DNA from: Veillonella parvula
GTDB lineage: Bacteria; Bacillota; Negativicutes; Veillonellales; Veillonellaceae
Direction: 5' to 3'
Length of the DNA: 64,000 nt
NCBI RefSeq assembly: GCF_945949885.1
Contig: NZ_CAMFFZ010000005.1
Location: forward strand, 13,010-77,009
This document shows positions 62,070-64,000 of this stretch, in pieces. Every line of letters begins with the position of its first letter. The stretch's first letter is position 1. The position numbers were made by a program, and so were the translations under genes. Under the pieces are notes generated by a model that searched no databases, was not told the origin of the DNA, and was given only the letters and a program-made list of their open reading frames with translations.

Positions 62070-62825
62070 ATGACATTTGTAAATATGGAGCGTATTGAAA
62101 AACGCTTTAATAATCAAACCGTATTGCGCGATGTGTCGCTCAAAATGAATAGAGGAGAAATCGTTTCTATTATCGGGCCTTCTGGTTCTGGTAAATCTAC
62201 ATTTTTACGCTGCTTGGGTCAGTTAGAAACGATTGATGGAGGCTCTATTACCGTTGATGGTACGATTCTTGCTAGTACTGAAAATGGGGTTGTAAAATAC
62301 GCTTCTCCTCAAACTCAGCATGAATTATTGCTCCGCATGGGTATGGTATTCCAATCTTTCAATTTGTTCCCGCATATGACGGTATTAGATAATATTATGA
62401 TTGCTCCACGTATGGTAAAAGGTATGAAAGATGACGAAATCTCACCGATTGCAGAGCAATTACTCAATAAAGTAGGATTATGGGAAAAACGAGATATGTA
62501 TCCATCTCGCTTGTCTGGCGGTCAGCAACAGCGTGTAGCTATTGCCCGTGCGCTAGCGATGAATCCAGAAATCATGCTTTTTGATGAACCCACATCTGCT
62601 CTTGATCCTGAGCTTACTGGTGAGGTTCTTAAGACAATCAAACAATTGGCGGACGATCACATGACGATGATTATCGTAACTCATGAAATGAACTTTGCTC
62701 GTGAAGTATCGGATTGTGTTATCTTTATGGCTGATGGTGTTATTCAAGAAAAAGGAACACCAGAACAAATTTTTAGTCATCCGCAGAACGAAAGAACGAA
62801 AGCGTTCTTGGATAATATGTTATAG
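62070..62825 (+). CDS. polar amino-acid ABC transporter ATP-binding protein
   Basis: Walker [10 protein letters not shown], signature [15 protein letters not shown] and Walker [12 protein letters not shown]. Confidence 0.9.
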   Translation: MTFVNMERIEKRFNNQTVLRDVSLKMNRGEIVSIIGPSGSGKSTFLRCLGQLETIDGGSITVDGTILASTENGVVKYASPQTQHELLLRMGMVFQSFNLFPHMTVLDNIMIAPRMVKGMKDDEISPIAEQLLNKVGLWEKRDMYPSRLSGGQQQRVAIARALAMNPEIMLFDEPTSALDPELTGEVLKTIKQLADDHMTMIIVTHEMNFAREVSDCVIFMADGVIQEKGTPEQIFSHPQNERTKAFLDNML

Positions 62826-62833
62826 GAGGTTCT

Positions 62834-64000
62834 ATGAAGTTACGTTTATTTGCGGCAACCTTAGCTGTCATGGCTTTGGGAACGACTTCTATTATGGCGG
62901 AAGGTTTACAGAAGACGCCTGATACACCTTTATCTATTGTGGAATCTCAGAAGGATTCCGCATCTATTTTGCCAGAACAATACAAATCCTATGCTACTAA
63001 GATGAACACGGTGGTGAAGGATTACAAAAATGGTTATATGTTCTCGATTCCTTGGCGTGTAGCTGATGGCGTTATGTTAGATATGGATGTGCGTAGTGAA
63101 AGCGAACATATTCAAGGGTATTCCTTCAATTTAGCGGGCCCTAAGCAAGAGGATTCCTATACAGTATCTTTTACTAAGCGCAATAATACACCACAAGAAG
63201 GAATATCTCAAAAAGAATGGAATACGACTTGGTATGGTGTACCTATTAAGGGCATGTCTAATGAGGAGTATTTAAATATCTGGCGCCAACATAGCAATAA
63301 CTTTGAGCATAATGATATTGTTGGTGGGTTCTTTGCTAAGAAAGGTGCAGTTTCCGCACGCTGGGATAAGAGTACACCAAAATCTTATGCAGATATGACA
63401 TCTACAGAGCCGGTTCAGTCTGTATTTGAAGCAGAATTTATCATGGAGAAAGATCCAACTCATCGGTACAATTTGTCTAGTACGTATGCACCTGTTCGTG
63501 CAGAGTTTATGGAGCTAGGTTTGATGGAGAATACAATTCCATCCTTTGAATTGATCAATAAGCGCGGTTCTAATGCTATTAAAGGGGTAAAAAAAATATT
63601 AACCGGCACAAGCGATATCAGTGTTGCAGAAGGTATCAAATTTACCTATCCAAAAGGTTTCACCCGTCTTAATGAAAAAGGTAAGATTGCTTTCACTAAA
63701 CATAATGTACGCCTTGACATTGAGTCCTTTACAATTCCAGTACAAGCTGTTAGTTCCGGCATGCCAACTATGATGGCTAAGCAGATGCTTGGTGATTATT
63801 ATCTTAAACAATTGGTTGATATGAACAAGGCCACGATTACTCGTTATGAAACGCATATCATTGACGGTAATGTGATGTTCTATTTGGCGGGCCATATGAA
63901 AAATCCAAATATATCTGATACATCTGTAGCGGAACCAGTATCCTTTGGCGCAACAATTATTCTTGGCAATGAAGGTAATGTAGCAGTAGCTCGAATGATT
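62834..64000 (+). CDS. secreted protein of unknown function; 3' end lies outside the window
   Basis: AGGAGG RBS, ATG at 62834, signal peptide MKLRLFAATLAVMALGTTSIMAEG. The frame stays open to nt 64000 by my reading. It is absent from the ORF track because no stop is reached. Confidence 0.6.
   Translation, partial: MKLRLFAATLAVMALGTTSIMAEGLQKTPDTPLSIVESQKDSASILPEQYKSYATKMNTVVKDYKNGYMFSIPWRVADGVMLDMDVRSESEHIQGYSFNLAGPKQEDSYTVSFTKRNNTPQEGISQKEWNTTWYGVPIKGMSNEEYLNIWRQHSNNFEHNDIVGGFFAKKGAVSARWDKSTPKSYADMTSTEPVQSVFEAEFIMEKDPTHRYNLSSTYAPVRAEFMELGLMENTIPSFELINKRGSNAIKGVKKILTGTSDISVAEGIKFTYPKGFTRLNEKGKIAFTKHNVRLDIESFTIPVQAVSSGMPTMMAKQMLGDYYLKQLVDMNKATITRYETHIIDGNVMFYLAGHMKNPNISDTSVAEPVSFGATIILGNEGNVAVARMI

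Overview
The window reads as chromosomal DNA from a low-GC anaerobe. Gene content fits a Veillonella-like Negativicute: a three-subunit xanthine-dehydrogenase-type molybdoenzyme with selenium and MCD accessory genes, a PACE efflux gene, pyruvate formate-lyase and cdaA-cdaR-glmM. That assignment is inference, not a database result. Most of the window is housekeeping: pfl/pflA, metNIQ, a heterodimeric ABC exporter, a methionine biosynthesis cluster, bioY, a COG0523 metal-chaperone operon, pepD, pncB-nadE, asparaginase, mscS, a D,D-carboxypeptidase, queG, the molybdenum hydroxylase locus, cdaA-cdaR, glmM, glmS with its ribozyme, trpS and an amino-acid ABC importer. No rRNA, tRNA, CRISPR array, transposase or integrase was seen. 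The most interesting region lies between glmM and glmS, which are adjacent in many Firmicutes. An AT-rich four-gene operon (48.3-51.7 kb) is bracketed by a direct duplication of the glmM 3' end. It has its own near-consensus promoter and terminator. It encodes two proteins with glycine-zipper hydrophobic cores, a TerB-like protein and a YkgJ-type Cys-cluster protein, with no recognisable enzymatic domain. I flag it as a candidate undescribed membrane-acting conflict or defence module. Other observations: a PFL gene naturally split into a catalytic body and a separately translated glycyl-radical domain; a relic second pfl 5' end; an in-frame (GTCGAT)9 repeat in an ABC exporter; a decayed DASS transporter next to a PACE gene; a CA-rich multi-hairpin 3' region; a CobW-like::permease fusion with a perfect Fur-family 7-1-7 box.
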